Origin: Myxococcota bacterium
GTDB taxonomy: Bacteria > Myxococcota_A > UBA796
Direction of reading: 5' to 3'
Assembly (NCBI GenBank): GCA_036156175.1
Contig: JAYZVA010000027.1
Location: 10,490 to 74,489, forward strand
DNA length: 64,000 nt
In this document: one piece after another, positions 26,288-36,478 of the stretch
Position numbering within the stretch: the first letter of the stretch is position 1
Layout: each line of letters starts with the position of its first letter
Made by a program: the position numbers and the translations under genes
The notes under the pieces: model-generated
What the model was told of the DNA's origin: nothing
Seen by the model: the letters and a program-made list of their open reading frames with translations, nothing else
The model's database searches: none

Positions 26288-27830
26288 GCGCGCATTTCAG
26301 GAAGCCCCCTGGTTGGTCGGGGTCGCCGCCGGCCTCGTCGGGCTGTGGTGGCGGGGCCACGCGTTTGTTCCCCTGCCGTATTTGTCGTCCTACGATTGGA
26401 TGGAGTACGTCCCCAGCGCATACATGGTGACCCACGGCGTCGACCTCGGCGGCTACGCCACCTGGCGGAACCCGCTGTACCCCGCGATTTTGGGCACCGT
26501 TGGCGAGGCGGTTGGCTACAACGAAGCCGCGTGGCTGATCGCGAGCATCAGCATGGCCATGGTGGTCGTTGCCGCGGGACTGGGGGCCCGAGCGATGGCC
26601 AATCCGTGGGCCGGGTTCACAGCAGCCATCACCGTTCCGCTGATCAATCCCTGGGCCGAGGCCAGTCGGTGGGCCACCCTGTACCCAATGCTGACCGCAT
26701 CGACGGCCATGACTTTGGGCCTCGGTGCGGCCTACATGCGCTGGAGAACCCCGGTGTGGGGGGTTGGCGCCGCTGCCTTTGCCGGCCTCGCATTCGGCAT
26801 CGACTTTCGGGGAATCTCTCTGCTTGTCGCCGTGGCGGCCTTCGCCGTGGCCGCCACCGAACGACGCCTCTGGATGCTGGCGCTGATCGCCGCTGTGGCC
26901 GCGGCGGGTCCGGTGGCCAACGGGATGGTGGGAATCAGCCAGCAGAAGGAGACGGCCACGGCCGTGGGAACGCAGCGCGCCCTTGAAGTCCGCCTCGCAT
27001 TGGAGAGCGGCGATCCGGCGCTGGTTCGCGCCTGCCAGAACGAGCCCACAACAGAAGCCTATCCTTCGGTCGCGGCGCTGATGCGCCCGTGCGCGTGGGC
27101 GTTCGTCCGCGACAACCTCGATCGCTTCAAGGACCAAGCACCCTTTGGCGTCGCAGCCACGCTGTGGGCGCTCCCGCTGTGCGTGCTGGGGGGTCGGGGC
27201 CGCCGCCGCGCCAGCGTGCAGTCGCTGCTGGTGTTTGGCGCCGGATTTGGAGCGATGTTCCTGATGGCGGTCTGGGCCCGACTCAACGTCCATCATTTCG
27301 TGCAGTTTGCGGGTCCCATCGCCATGCTCGTGCCGGTCGCGGTGTCGCGGGTCGTGGACTCCATGCCAATGCCGCGCATGCGCGCGGCGGTCATGGCGGC
27401 CGTCGGTGTGGCGTCCTCTGCATGGCTGTGGTCGTTCAATCCGTGGGCTGGAAAACCCGTCGACGACCTGGCCACTGCGGAGCAGCATCAACTCCTCGGA
27501 TGGCTGTTGGACGGCGTTGAACTGCACCTCGACCAAACCAACGGCGACCAACTCCTCGACTGCACGGGGTTGGGTGTGGAGGCCGCCCTGCTTCCGCGCT
27601 TGCTCCATGACGGACACCCAAACTTCCAACCATCGGCCGCATCCAGCCGGTGCCAGCAGTGGATTTTCTCGCCGCCCCAAGCAACCGGACGCGTGTTCCT
27701 GATGACCCGAGAGGAACCGGACTTTTCCGGTCCGCCGCGGCCCCCGTGGGTGGTCGTGCAGGGCTGGCAAGATGGCCCGCGCAAGGTGTGGCTGTGGATG
27801 CTGGTTGACAGTGCTGCGGGCCGACCGTAG
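26274..27830 (+). CDS. Polytopic membrane protein, GT-C (ArnT/PMT-like) glycosyltransferase candidate
   Basis: Start chosen at MLLNKRAF (GGAGG immediately before ATG 26274). It has more than 10 predicted TM segments and an early loop YDWMEY...RNPLYPAILG resembling the GT-C DxD/PPLY region. Confidence 0.62.
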   Translation: MLLNKRAFQEAPWLVGVAAGLVGLWWRGHAFVPLPYLSSYDWMEYVPSAYMVTHGVDLGGYATWRNPLYPAILGTVGEAVGYNEAAWLIASISMAMVVVAAGLGARAMANPWAGFTAAITVPLINPWAEASRWATLYPMLTASTAMTLGLGAAYMRWRTPVWGVGAAAFAGLAFGIDFRGISLLVAVAAFAVAATERRLWMLALIAAVAAAGPVANGMVGISQQKETATAVGTQRALEVRLALESGDPALVRACQNEPTTEAYPSVAALMRPCAWAFVRDNLDRFKDQAPFGVAATLWALPLCVLGGRGRRRASVQSLLVFGAGFGAMFLMAVWARLNVHHFVQFAGPIAMLVPVAVSRVVDSMPMPRMRAAVMAAVGVASSAWLWSFNPWAGKPVDDLATAEQHQLLGWLLDGVELHLDQTNGDQLLDCTGLGVEAALLPRLLHDGHPNFQPSAASSRCQQWIFSPPQATGRVFLMTREEPDFSGPPRPPWVVVQGWQDGPRKVWLWMLVDSAAGRP

Positions 27831-27838
27831 GGTCGATC

Positions 27839-28948
27839 ATGGTTCAGGGCACAATCTCCGTCATCATTCCGGCGCACAACGCCGCCGGCACACTGGTGCG
27901 GTGCCTCCGAGCCGTGACGGGACAAGACGATGACGACTACGAAGTGATCGTCATCGACGACGGCTCAACCGACGCCACGTCTGCCGTGATCGGCAAGTTC
28001 GATGTGGTCCACATCACCAACCCCAGCCAAGCCGGTCCCGCCATCAGTCGGAACCGAGGGGCGGATGCAGCGACCGGGGCGTTCTTGGTCTTCACCGACG
28101 CGGACTGCGTTCCACCCACGCACTGGCTGAGCGACATTCGGAAGTGGTTGGAGGTCGCCCCGGTCGTGGCGGGCACCTACTACCCCGCACCCTGGCAAGG
28201 TCCGTTGGGCCGCTTCGCGAACCTCGACTGGTATCTGTACTGGTTCCGGCACATCCCAGCGGAGACCGACTCCTTCTCCATGGGCAACGTCGCGTTTCAT
28301 CGGGAGGTGTACTTCGACCGCGACCGCCTCGAGGAACACTTCTTCCATCGCCTGGCGGCGGCCGAGGACACGATCGTCGCCATGACCATTGCGGAGCGCT
28401 ACCGGATCCTGAGCACCGAGCAGATTTGGGTGCTGCACATGCATCGGGAGCACCTGCTTCCCTACATCCGAAAGCACATCACCACGGGATACTCCCGCAC
28501 CTTGCTGTCGCTGGCCTTCCCGCAGCGGAAGGTGTTCGCTGCACGGGACATTCGGCTGAGTTTTGTGTTCGTCCAGCTGCTGTCGACCGTCGCCATGACC
28601 ATTGGATGGGCGCTGTCGCTGCTGGGCATGAGCCCCGGTTTCGCCGCCGTCGGAACCATCGCCTTTGGCATGGTGCAAGCGTCATCGTTGGTGCTGATCA
28701 GCCGCCGAGAACGCAGCCCACTGTTCTGGCTCATGAGCCTGGCCCTGTTCTACGTGCGGAACGTGGCGTGGATCATGGGAATGATCAAAGCGCTTGTGTA
28801 CGTGGTTCAATCACCGCCCGAGATGGACGCTGCCGCCCGATGGCGGGCCCAACACGACCTTAAAAGCGGCGAATTTGAAGTCAAAGAAGCGCAAACGGCG
28901 GAGCCAGCGAGCCAAATCGAGCGCGCCAACGCCGAAACAGTGCATTAG
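27839..28948 (+). CDS. Family 2 glycosyltransferase with C-terminal TM helices
   Basis: ISVIIPAHNAA, VIVIDDGSTD, FTDADCVP, AAEDT. Confidence 0.88.
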   Translation: MVQGTISVIIPAHNAAGTLVRCLRAVTGQDDDDYEVIVIDDGSTDATSAVIGKFDVVHITNPSQAGPAISRNRGADAATGAFLVFTDADCVPPTHWLSDIRKWLEVAPVVAGTYYPAPWQGPLGRFANLDWYLYWFRHIPAETDSFSMGNVAFHREVYFDRDRLEEHFFHRLAAAEDTIVAMTIAERYRILSTEQIWVLHMHREHLLPYIRKHITTGYSRTLLSLAFPQRKVFAARDIRLSFVFVQLLSTVAMTIGWALSLLGMSPGFAAVGTIAFGMVQASSLVLISRRERSPLFWLMSLALFYVRNVAWIMGMIKALVYVVQSPPEMDAAARWRAQHDLKSGEFEVKEAQTAEPASQIERANAETVH

Positions 28949-28976
28949 CCTGTGGGGATTGAGGTCAGGAGGCCCC

Positions 28977-29948
28977 GTGGAAGACGAGTACGTTCCCAGC
29001 AATCAGGTTCAGATCAAAAAGGCGCACATCGCCCTCATCATTGCCATTGCGGCGATCGTGGGCGTGGTGGGCGGGACCGTCAGCAACGAGATGTTCTCCG
29101 AGCCCGTTGTCATCATGCCGCCGCCCGAAGTGATCAAAGAGGAACTGACGGAATCTGAGCTGCGAATGCTGGCGGAAGACCTGCTGGCCACCGAGAACCA
29201 AAAAGCCGCTGCGGCCATGGAACGGGTCGAGAACCTGCAGAGCGAGCTTGCTGCGAAAGAGGCCGAGCTCGCCAAACTGCGGGGAGACAAGGCCAAGGCA
29301 TCGGAACGGCGCAGTCGGCTCTCCGAAGAGATCTCGTTCTTGCGGGTCCAACTCGCGTCCGCGGAGGAGGAACGGGACACCCTCCGAGCAGAACTCAAGC
29401 AGACCATCAAAGAGCTCGACTTCCAGGTCGCCCAGTCGCAGAAGTTCAAGCGAAAAGCCAAGCGGTACAAGATGGAGTCGACGACCAACCTCTGGAGCGC
29501 CTTCCTGGCAAACGCGAAGGTCAACATTTGCGACCGCGGATCGCGCAAGCGGCACGAGAAGTGCCATGCGGCGGTGGAGGATGCGCTGGGCAGTCAGATG
29601 CGCAGTCGGTTCACGGTGTGCGTGGACACCTACCAATCCGTTCCGGTCTTGAAGCAGTTCGGCAAGTCGGACGCGATTCCAAAGTACTCGGCGCGACTGA
29701 GCGAAGACAACAAGTTCACCCGGAAAGGGTGGCACGTGCTGTTCTGCGACCCGACCCTTCCGGAAGCGGGCGACGACGACTTGAAGGGCGACGACGTCCC
29801 CACATGGAAGTCGACCTACGGGGTGAATGAGGAACTGGGACTCGACCAAGACGAGGCCAGCGCACCGGTCGAAGACCGGCAAGCCATCGAGGAACCGCTC
29901 GAAGACGAGCTGGACTTGGACGCGATTGACCTGGACTTTGGCGACTGA
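28977..29948 (+). CDS. Membrane-anchored coiled-coil protein with a Cys-containing C-terminal domain and an acidic tail
   Basis: Track ORF 28794..29948 trimmed to GTG 28977 (AGGAGG at 28967-28972), so that it no longer overlaps the GT2 gene. TM segment IALIIAIAAIVGVVGG, then heptad-rich ELAAKEAELAKLRGDKAKASERRSRLSEEISFLRVQLASAEEERDTLRAELKQ. Confidence 0.6.
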   Translation: MEDEYVPSNQVQIKKAHIALIIAIAAIVGVVGGTVSNEMFSEPVVIMPPPEVIKEELTESELRMLAEDLLATENQKAAAAMERVENLQSELAAKEAELAKLRGDKAKASERRSRLSEEISFLRVQLASAEEERDTLRAELKQTIKELDFQVAQSQKFKRKAKRYKMESTTNLWSAFLANAKVNICDRGSRKRHEKCHAAVEDALGSQMRSRFTVCVDTYQSVPVLKQFGKSDAIPKYSARLSEDNKFTRKGWHVLFCDPTLPEAGDDDLKGDDVPTWKSTYGVNEELGLDQDEASAPVEDRQAIEEPLEDELDLDAIDLDFGD

Positions 29949-29951
29949 GCC

Positions 29952-30482
29952 CTACCGCGGGGTCAGCACCGTGCACACCCGCGATTGCGCACCCACTGCA
30001 TAGGTGTGCGATCGCACCACCGACCAGCCGGCAAACGGCGGCGGGACTTCCCCGGAAAGCAGCACAGCGGTGCCCCCCGGTCGCAGCAACCGCGCCGCGT
30101 CGGCGAGGTAGCTCTCCGGCGGCTTGTAGGCCCGGCTGATCGCGCCATCAAAGCCGGACTCCATGGCCTCCGTGCGGCAGTGATGAATGCACAGATTGGG
30201 AAGTCCGGTTTCTTGGAGAACGGCGCGCAAGAACGCGACCCGCTTCGCGCGGCTCTCGACCAAGTGGATCTCCGCCTGAGGGTGGCGGGCCGCGAGCGCA
30301 ATGCCCGGAAATCCCGCCCCGCTTCCCAGGTCGATCCAGCGTCCCTCTACGGTCAATCCCTGGACCGCCCCGGCAGCGTCGTGAAAGTGATGCAATGCGT
30401 CTCCGGGCCCGACCAGGTTCATGGCGCCGCGCCACTTCTCGAGCAGCCGCCGGTGAACGGTTTCGGCTTCCGTCAAGTTCAT
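29952..30482 (-). CDS. rsmG: 16S rRNA (guanine527-N7)-methyltransferase RsmG (GidB)
   Basis: 176 aa with the SAM motif [15 protein letters not shown]. There is a 4-nt overlap with mnmG. Confidence 0.9.
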   Translation of the reverse strand: MNLTEAETVHRRLLEKWRGAMNLVGPGDALHHFHDAAGAVQGLTVEGRWIDLGSGAGFPGIALAARHPQAEIHLVESRAKRVAFLRAVLQETGLPNLCIHHCRTEAMESGFDGAISRAYKPPESYLADAARLLRPGGTAVLLSGEVPPPFAGWSVVRSHTYAVGAQSRVCTVLTPR

Positions 30483-32332
30483 CCGGCGGATCGCCGGGCC
30501 AGCAACACGGCCAGCATGTCGATGGCAGCGGGCGTGATTCCCGGCAGCCGCGCCGCCGCGCCCAGCGTCGCGGGCCGAGCGGCACGCAAGCGCTCCGCCA
30601 CTTCGTTGGAGATGCCTGGAGCATCAAAGTCCATGTCCGCCGGAATGGCGACCGCGGCCATCTTGCGCGTGCGCTCGGCCCGCTGCGCTTCCCGCGTCAG
30701 GTACCCGGCGTACTTGATGTCCGTCTCGACCTGCTCGGCGGTGGACGGATCCACTGACGGTGCATCGGAAACGATGGCCGACACCGTCTGCCACGTCACC
30801 GTGGGCCGCCGCAAGAACTCCGCGACGGTGACCGGCTTGCGCGGCACGGCCACGCCATTGGCTGCGCACCGCTCCGCGACCGCCGCATTGGGGCGCACCA
30901 TGGTGGCGTCGCACCACGTCCGCACCCGCTCGATTGCATCCAACTTTCGTTGCAGGCGTTCCCACGCGGCGTCGCCGACCAGCCCGACGGCCCGACCCTT
31001 CGGCATGAGCCGGCGGTCCGCGTTGTCTTCGCGCAAAAGCAGCCGGTGCTCCGCTCGACTGGAGAACATTCGGTAGGGCTCGCCGCCCACGCCGCGGGTG
31101 ACCAAATCGTCGATCAGAACGCCGATGTATGCCTCATCCCGACCCAGCACAAACGGCTCGCCGAGCACCGCCGAGGTCCCGGCGATCAATCCTTGCGCGG
31201 CCGCCTCCTCGTATCCGCTCGTTCCGTTCACTTGACCGGCCAAATACAGACCGGGAATCCGGGTGTGCTGAAGCCCGTGGTCGAGGTCCCGAGGATCCGC
31301 AAAATCGTACTCCACCGCGTAGCCGTCTTGAAGAATCTCGGCCGACTCCAACCCCTTGATGGACCGCACCATTTGATGCTGAACATCCGCCGGAAGGCTG
31401 GTGGACAACCCGTTGACGTAGACCCGATGGGTGTTCAACCCCTCGGGTTCCAAGAACAGCTGGTGCCGCGCTTTGTCGGCGAACCGCACGATTTTGTCTT
31501 CGATGCTGGGGCAATACCGAGGACCGCGTCCTTCGATCTGGCCCGAGAACAACGGCGACCGATCCAGCGCATTGCGGATCAGATCGTGGGTGGCTTCATT
31601 GGTGTACGCGATGTGGCAATCGATCTGCGGAAGGTCCGAGGTCGACGGCTCAAACGAAAACTGGCCTTCGGGGAGCGTCTCGGTCTGAACCTCAATCGCG
31701 CCCCAGTCGATCGTTCGCCCGTCGAGTCGGGGCGTGGTCCCGGTCTTCAATCGACCCAATCGCAGCCCAAGTCCCCGCAGCCGGACCGACAATCGACTCG
31801 AGTCCGCCTCGCCGACGCGCCCTCCCCGAGTCTGCCGGTCGCCGCAGTGCATGACGGCGGACAAAAACGTACCGGTGGTGAGCACCACCGCATTCGCCAC
31901 GACCCGCGTTCCGTTCCCCAGCTCAATGCCGGTCACGCGCTGACCGTCCACCAACAGGTCGACCGCCTCGCCTTCCATGACGGCGATCCGCGGCTCGGCC
32001 TCGATCACCCGGCGCATCGCCGCCGGGTACAGGTCGATGTCCACCTGAGCGCGACTGGCCTGCACGGCGAGCCCTTTTCGCGTGTTCAAGCGACGGAACT
32101 GAATGGTGCACTCATCGGCCACCCGACCCATGGCGCCACCGAGGGCATCGATCTCCCGAACCAGGTTGCCCTTGGCCAACCCACCCACCGCGGGATTGCA
32201 GGACAACCGACCAATGTGCGCGAGCTTCATGGTGACCATCGCCACCGATGCGCCCAGTCGGGCCGCCGCCAAGGCCGCCTCGCATCCGGCATGACCGGCC
32301 CCCACAACAACGATGTCAACGGTCGTGTCCAT
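30479..32332 (-). CDS. mnmG: tRNA uridine-5-carboxymethylaminomethyl modification enzyme MnmG (GidA)
   Basis: Trimmed to [20 protein letters not shown] (AGGAG 5 nt upstream of ATG 32332). Also [19 protein letters not shown] and [16 protein letters not shown]. Confidence 0.95.
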   Translation of the reverse strand: MDTTVDIVVVGAGHAGCEAALAAARLGASVAMVTMKLAHIGRLSCNPAVGGLAKGNLVREIDALGGAMGRVADECTIQFRRLNTRKGLAVQASRAQVDIDLYPAAMRRVIEAEPRIAVMEGEAVDLLVDGQRVTGIELGNGTRVVANAVVLTTGTFLSAVMHCGDRQTRGGRVGEADSSRLSVRLRGLGLRLGRLKTGTTPRLDGRTIDWGAIEVQTETLPEGQFSFEPSTSDLPQIDCHIAYTNEATHDLIRNALDRSPLFSGQIEGRGPRYCPSIEDKIVRFADKARHQLFLEPEGLNTHRVYVNGLSTSLPADVQHQMVRSIKGLESAEILQDGYAVEYDFADPRDLDHGLQHTRIPGLYLAGQVNGTSGYEEAAAQGLIAGTSAVLGEPFVLGRDEAYIGVLIDDLVTRGVGGEPYRMFSSRAEHRLLLREDNADRRLMPKGRAVGLVGDAAWERLQRKLDAIERVRTWCDATMVRPNAAVAERCAANGVAVPRKPVTVAEFLRRPTVTWQTVSAIVSDAPSVDPSTAEQVETDIKYAGYLTREAQRAERTRKMAAVAIPADMDFDAPGISNEVAERLRAARPATLGAAARLPGITPAAIDMLAVLLARRSAG

Positions 32333-32388
32333 GTGTGCTCCTGGGGGCATCTAACCCGCTCTACGCCTGCACCGGGTACGATGGCCTC

Positions 32389-33906
32389 ATGCGCGATCAT
32401 TTGCACCTGCTGTTGTTGGTGGGCCTGTTCATGCTCTTTGTGGACAAGCCCCCAAACGTTGACGATGCAAACTTCATCGCACTGGCCCGCTCCGCCGCCG
32501 CCAACCCCTGGTCTCCGCACGATGCACTGATCAACTGGGGGGGCACCACCGAGCGCGCGTTCGACGTGCTGTCGAACCCCCCCGGCATTGCGTGGTGGCT
32601 GGCGCCAGTGGTCGAGCACGGGGTGTTCTGGATGCACCTGTGGATGGTGCCCTGGTTGATCATGGCCGCGATCGGTTGCCGACGCTTGGGGCACCGAATC
32701 GCCGGGCAGGGGCAGTTGGCTTCGCTGCTGATCTGCGGCGCTCCGATTGGCATGCTGGCTTCCCATTCGCTCACGCCCGACCTGCCATTGCTGGCGTGCA
32801 CGGTCTGGGGAATGGACGCGGTCATGGACGACAAGCGGCGACATCGTGGGGCGTTGATTGTGGGCCTCGGGGCGTGTTTTCGGTACAGCGCACTGGCTCT
32901 GATTCCCCTGGTGGTGGCCTGGGTCTGGATGACCAATGGGCGAAGAAGGGCCTCGATTGTGGGCGCCGTGGCTGCGGTGCCATTTGCCCTGCTCGCGGTC
33001 CACGATGCGCTCGCATACGGCGCCGTGCATGCCGTTGCCATGACCGGCTTTCAATCCGTGTCGAACGGTCCAGAGGCCCTGTTCCACAAGGCTGCCGCAT
33101 CCCTTGCTGCTTTTGGCGGGGCGGCCGTCTTGCCCTTCCTGGGTTGGTCCGCGCCGCGACGGACCGTCACGGGGTCAGTCGTGGGGGCGGCGATTGGGTG
33201 GGTTGGTGCGGAATGGGCCGGACACAGCGGAACCGCATGGTTCGCGACGGTGCTCAGCTGCGCCGCCGGCGGCGCCAGCTATGCCGGCGCCACCTTGGTT
33301 CGCGACCGCACGGACCGTTGGTTGTTGGCGTGGATGGCCACGGGCGCGGTGTTCCTGTTGGGCCTCCGATTCGCGGCGGCACGGTACTGGATTCCGTTCT
33401 TCGCGCCGGCGGTCTTGATCGGCCTGCGGCGTTGCCCGCCGGTGGTGGCGCGTGCCGCAGCCGTGACCACGGTGGGGCTCTCGTTGCTCTTGGCTTCGGA
33501 CGATCTCGACCTGGCCCTCACCCAAGCCGATGCCGCCGACGTGGCTGCGACGGTCGGAACCGGACACATCGCCGGTCACTGGGGGTTCCAACATCACCTG
33601 ACCGAGCGGGGCTGGGTCAGCGTGGAAGACGACCGACCGCTCCCGCCAGGAGCGTGGCTGGCCGAATCGCGCATCGCATGGCCGCAAGAGCCATCCAACG
33701 ATTGCTTCGACGTCAGCCACATCGTACCGATGATGGACCCCAACCCTGGGCTGCGGGTGCATTCTGCGGAAGGCGGCGCCAACATCCACGGCCACAGCAT
33801 CGCTGGACAACCGCCGCTCGCGGTGTTCGCGCCGTGGAGCGTCGGAACCGATCCCATGGACATGCTCACTCTTCGGAGGACGTGTCCGGCACCGACTGCT
33901 GAATGA
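32389..33906 (+). CDS. Polytopic membrane protein, GT-C (ArnT/PMT_2-like) glycosyltransferase candidate
   Basis: Track ORF trimmed to MRDHLHLLLLVGLFMLF. Contains DDANFIALA and NPPGIAWWLAP loops and more than 10 TM segments. Confidence 0.68.
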   Translation: MRDHLHLLLLVGLFMLFVDKPPNVDDANFIALARSAAANPWSPHDALINWGGTTERAFDVLSNPPGIAWWLAPVVEHGVFWMHLWMVPWLIMAAIGCRRLGHRIAGQGQLASLLICGAPIGMLASHSLTPDLPLLACTVWGMDAVMDDKRRHRGALIVGLGACFRYSALALIPLVVAWVWMTNGRRRASIVGAVAAVPFALLAVHDALAYGAVHAVAMTGFQSVSNGPEALFHKAAASLAAFGGAAVLPFLGWSAPRRTVTGSVVGAAIGWVGAEWAGHSGTAWFATVLSCAAGGASYAGATLVRDRTDRWLLAWMATGAVFLLGLRFAAARYWIPFFAPAVLIGLRRCPPVVARAAAVTTVGLSLLLASDDLDLALTQADAADVAATVGTGHIAGHWGFQHHLTERGWVSVEDDRPLPPGAWLAESRIAWPQEPSNDCFDVSHIVPMMDPNPGLRVHSAEGGANIHGHSIAGQPPLAVFAPWSVGTDPMDMLTLRRTCPAPTAE

Positions 33907-34081
33907 GCCAAGCCCGACGGATCTCCCATCCGCATCCGATCACGCACAGCACATTGTGGAACCCCAACCACATCAAGCCCCGCGCTCCCAGGCTCGGCGC
34001 CAGCAACATGGAGAGCACCACTGCGGCCAACAGCCAGGTGAACGCCAAAACCAGAGCGGGTCGAAGGGGGGGCCGGGTCAT
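33866..34081 (-). CDS. Possible small two-TM membrane protein (71 aa)
   Basis: Third-position G/C is high when read by hand, and there are two hydrophobic helices. It fills the gap between flanking genes but overlaps the 3' end of the upstream gene by 41 nt. No recognisable family. Confidence 0.35.
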   Translation of the reverse strand: MTRPPLRPALVLAFTWLLAAVVLSMLLAPSLGARGLMWLGFHNVLCVIGCGWEIRRAWLIQQSVPDTSSEE

Positions 34082-34141
34082 CGCTTAAAGTGTACCCAAG
34101 ATGCGGCTTTTCCGGTACGATGCGCCCCAAACGGGGCCCCC

Positions 34142-34720
34142 ATGGATCACATCAAAGCCGCCTTCGACGCGTTCAAACGCCATCCGCTGCAGTGGTTCTT
34201 GCTGGGCCTGTTGTTCGGCGCGATGTCGAACCTGGTGGTGGGCATTTTTCTGCTGCCCAACTTCATCCGGATCGTCCGCGTGTCCGCGCCGGTGGGCGGA
34301 CCCCCACCGGAGATTGGAGACCTGTTCAACCTCGATCACATCGGCGATGACATCGTGACCGTGGTCCTCTGGAACCTCGCCTTGTTCACAGGCGCTTGCT
34401 TCTGCGGCGTTGGCACCGCCGTTGTCGCGGTCTTGGGCGTGTGGACCCAGCACCTGTGTGCGGACCGGCTGTACGCACCGATCGACTGCCTTCGGGCATC
34501 GTTTCATCATGCCAAGTCGAATGCGGGCACGATCATTCCGACCTTGATCATCTTCTTCGTGGTGTTCGCCACGTTTGTGGTGTTGACCTGTTTCGTGGGG
34601 GCGCTGGTGGTCGCCCCCATCGCCATCATCGCACTCGAGCGCTTTTATGCCGAACACCGCGATGCGATCGTGGCGGCTGCGGACGCAGCAGGCGTGCCGC
34701 GCTTGGTCGAATCCCATTAG
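34142..34720 (+). CDS. Hypothetical integral membrane protein (192 aa)
   Basis: Track ORF 33956..34720 trimmed to MDHIKAAFDAFKRHPLQWFLLGLLFG. It has four hydrophobic helices. Confidence 0.7.
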   Translation: MDHIKAAFDAFKRHPLQWFLLGLLFGAMSNLVVGIFLLPNFIRIVRVSAPVGGPPPEIGDLFNLDHIGDDIVTVVLWNLALFTGACFCGVGTAVVAVLGVWTQHLCADRLYAPIDCLRASFHHAKSNAGTIIPTLIIFFVVFATFVVLTCFVGALVVAPIAIIALERFYAEHRDAIVAAADAAGVPRLVESH

Positions 34721-34729
34721 AACTTCCTG

Positions 34730-35716
34730 GTGACGACCCGCCCCACCGAAGAAGCCGTTCGCTCCGTTGTGGTCCGTTCCGACGGGGACGGCCGCCGGGT
34801 CGACCAGTACTTAGCACTTCGGTTTCCCCGCTTCTCCCGAAGCCGCATCCAGCGGATGATCCAGGTGGGTGAAATCTGGCGCTCCGACGGTCCACTCAAG
34901 CCCTCGACTACGATCGCAGCGGGGGAAGAACTTCTGGTCAACGCACCCGAACTGGCGCCCCCCGGACCGCCGCCGCCGCTGCCCACCGTGCTGTTTGAGG
35001 ACGAACGAATATTGGCCGTTTCCAAGCCCGCCGGCATGCTGGCTCACCCGGCAGGCTTGACCTTCACCTATGGACTCGTCGGAATCGCGCGAGCCGCCCG
35101 ACCGGACCACGTGGTTGATTTGGCCCATCGCCTCGATCGGGAAACCAGTGGCGTCAATGTGTTGACCAAAGACAAAGCGGCCAACGCGTTCCTCAAGGCC
35201 GCGTTCTTCGACAAAAAACCGTCCAAGACCTACCACGCCATCGTCCACGGAAGGCCAAGCTGGGACCGCACTGTCGTGGACGGTCCGATTGGACGAGCCA
35301 GCGGGTCTCGAATTCGAATTCGGCGCGGCGTTCACGCCGATGGCCTTCCCGCAAGGACCGATGTCACGGTCCTCAAGCGCATGGGATCGTACAGCCTGGT
35401 CAGCGCCCAACCCCTGACGGGACGAACGCACCAGATCCGCGTGCACCTGGAGCACCTGGGTTTTCCAATCCTGGGGGACAAAATGTACGGCCAGCCCGAC
35501 CGCATTTTTCTCCACACCCTCGACCATGGAATCGACCACAGCATTCGCGCAGCCACCGGCTTTCCCCGACACGCACTGCACGCCGCGGCCATCTCAATTC
35601 CGCATCCCGATGGCGGATCGATCACGATTGAGGCACCTTTAGAGAACGACATGGCGGCCATCGTCGCCGGCGAGACGCCGTGCTGGCCCGACCCCGAACC
35701 GGAGAACACCCCATGA
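34730..35716 (+). CDS. RluA-family (RluD-like) rRNA pseudouridine synthase
   Basis: GTG start. S4-like N-terminus (RVDQYLA), then HRLDRETSGV (catalytic Asp), YHAIVHG and GRTHQIRVHL. Confidence 0.9.
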   Translation: MTTRPTEEAVRSVVVRSDGDGRRVDQYLALRFPRFSRSRIQRMIQVGEIWRSDGPLKPSTTIAAGEELLVNAPELAPPGPPPPLPTVLFEDERILAVSKPAGMLAHPAGLTFTYGLVGIARAARPDHVVDLAHRLDRETSGVNVLTKDKAANAFLKAAFFDKKPSKTYHAIVHGRPSWDRTVVDGPIGRASGSRIRIRRGVHADGLPARTDVTVLKRMGSYSLVSAQPLTGRTHQIRVHLEHLGFPILGDKMYGQPDRIFLHTLDHGIDHSIRAATGFPRHALHAAAISIPHPDGGSITIEAPLENDMAAIVAGETPCWPDPEPENTP

Positions 35717-36471
35717 CTTTTTCCCTGTTGATCATCGGCATCGCATCCCCCGCATGGGCGCAGTCCAGCCCCGAAGCAGCCGCCGAGGAAGCCACCACCA
35801 CCGAATCGGCGGAAGCGGAAATCGAGAAGCTTCCACCGCCGCCGCAAAGCCTTGGGCAGCTGACCCCCGAGCGGCTGATGGCGCTGCGCACCTACAAATC
35901 CAAGCGGTTGCAGGTGCGCGCCGAGACGGAGTACCGGGGTTCCTCCGTCGCCACGTTCACCTCGATGTCCTACGGCCACCCGCACGGGCTCGGCACCGGT
36001 GTGGTCGTCTCCGACAACATCTCGACGTTTCGGACCTGGGGCGTGTACCGGGGGCCCCAGCGGTTGTCGACGCCGGACTTCTTGGCCTTGGCGGGCGCGG
36101 ATGCCGAACGCGAGGCCTTGGTGACCGACATTCGCCGCCTGCGGAGCAACGCACGGCGGTGGTACATCGGGGCCGGAGTGGGGGTTGCGGGCGTCGTGGC
36201 GGGCTTGATTGGCATGGCGACCGCCGACGACATCAACACCTACAACCAGTTCAACCGGGTGTCGCTGGGCGGCACCATGCTGACGATCGGCGGGCTGTTC
36301 GGTGCGAGCTTCCCCGGCTCAAAGGCCGAGCGCTTGTACAAATACCCCGGCGCCACCCTGAGCTCGGACCAAGCCAACGACCTGGCGCACGCGGCGAATG
36401 AATCGCTGCGCCAGGAACTGGACATCGCCCCCAATGAGGCGTGGCTCCTGGACCTCGGCGCCACCGAGTGA
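35713..36471 (+). CDS. Hypothetical secreted/membrane protein
   Basis: Trimmed to MTFSLLIIGIASPAWAQ (signal peptide). ATGA overlap with the synthase gene. There is an internal TM segment WYIGAGVGVAGVVAGLIGMA. Confidence 0.68.
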   Translation: MTFSLLIIGIASPAWAQSSPEAAAEEATTTESAEAEIEKLPPPPQSLGQLTPERLMALRTYKSKRLQVRAETEYRGSSVATFTSMSYGHPHGLGTGVVVSDNISTFRTWGVYRGPQRLSTPDFLALAGADAEREALVTDIRRLRSNARRWYIGAGVGVAGVVAGLIGMATADDINTYNQFNRVSLGGTMLTIGGLFGASFPGSKAERLYKYPGATLSSDQANDLAHAANESLRQELDIAPNEAWLLDLGATE

Positions 36472-36478
36472 GTTCGGC

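Noticed and set aside
24755-27770. Minus-strand ORFs 24755..26185 (476 aa) and 26133..27770 (545 aa)
   Set aside because: They are antisense shadows of the lipoprotein and GT-C genes. The composition is dominated by Arg, Gly, His and Asp, with no motifs.
28794-28976. Upstream part of track ORF 28794..29948
   Set aside because: It overlaps the GT2 gene by 155 nt. A GTG at 28977 preceded by AGGAGG gives a non-overlapping start just before the TM anchor.
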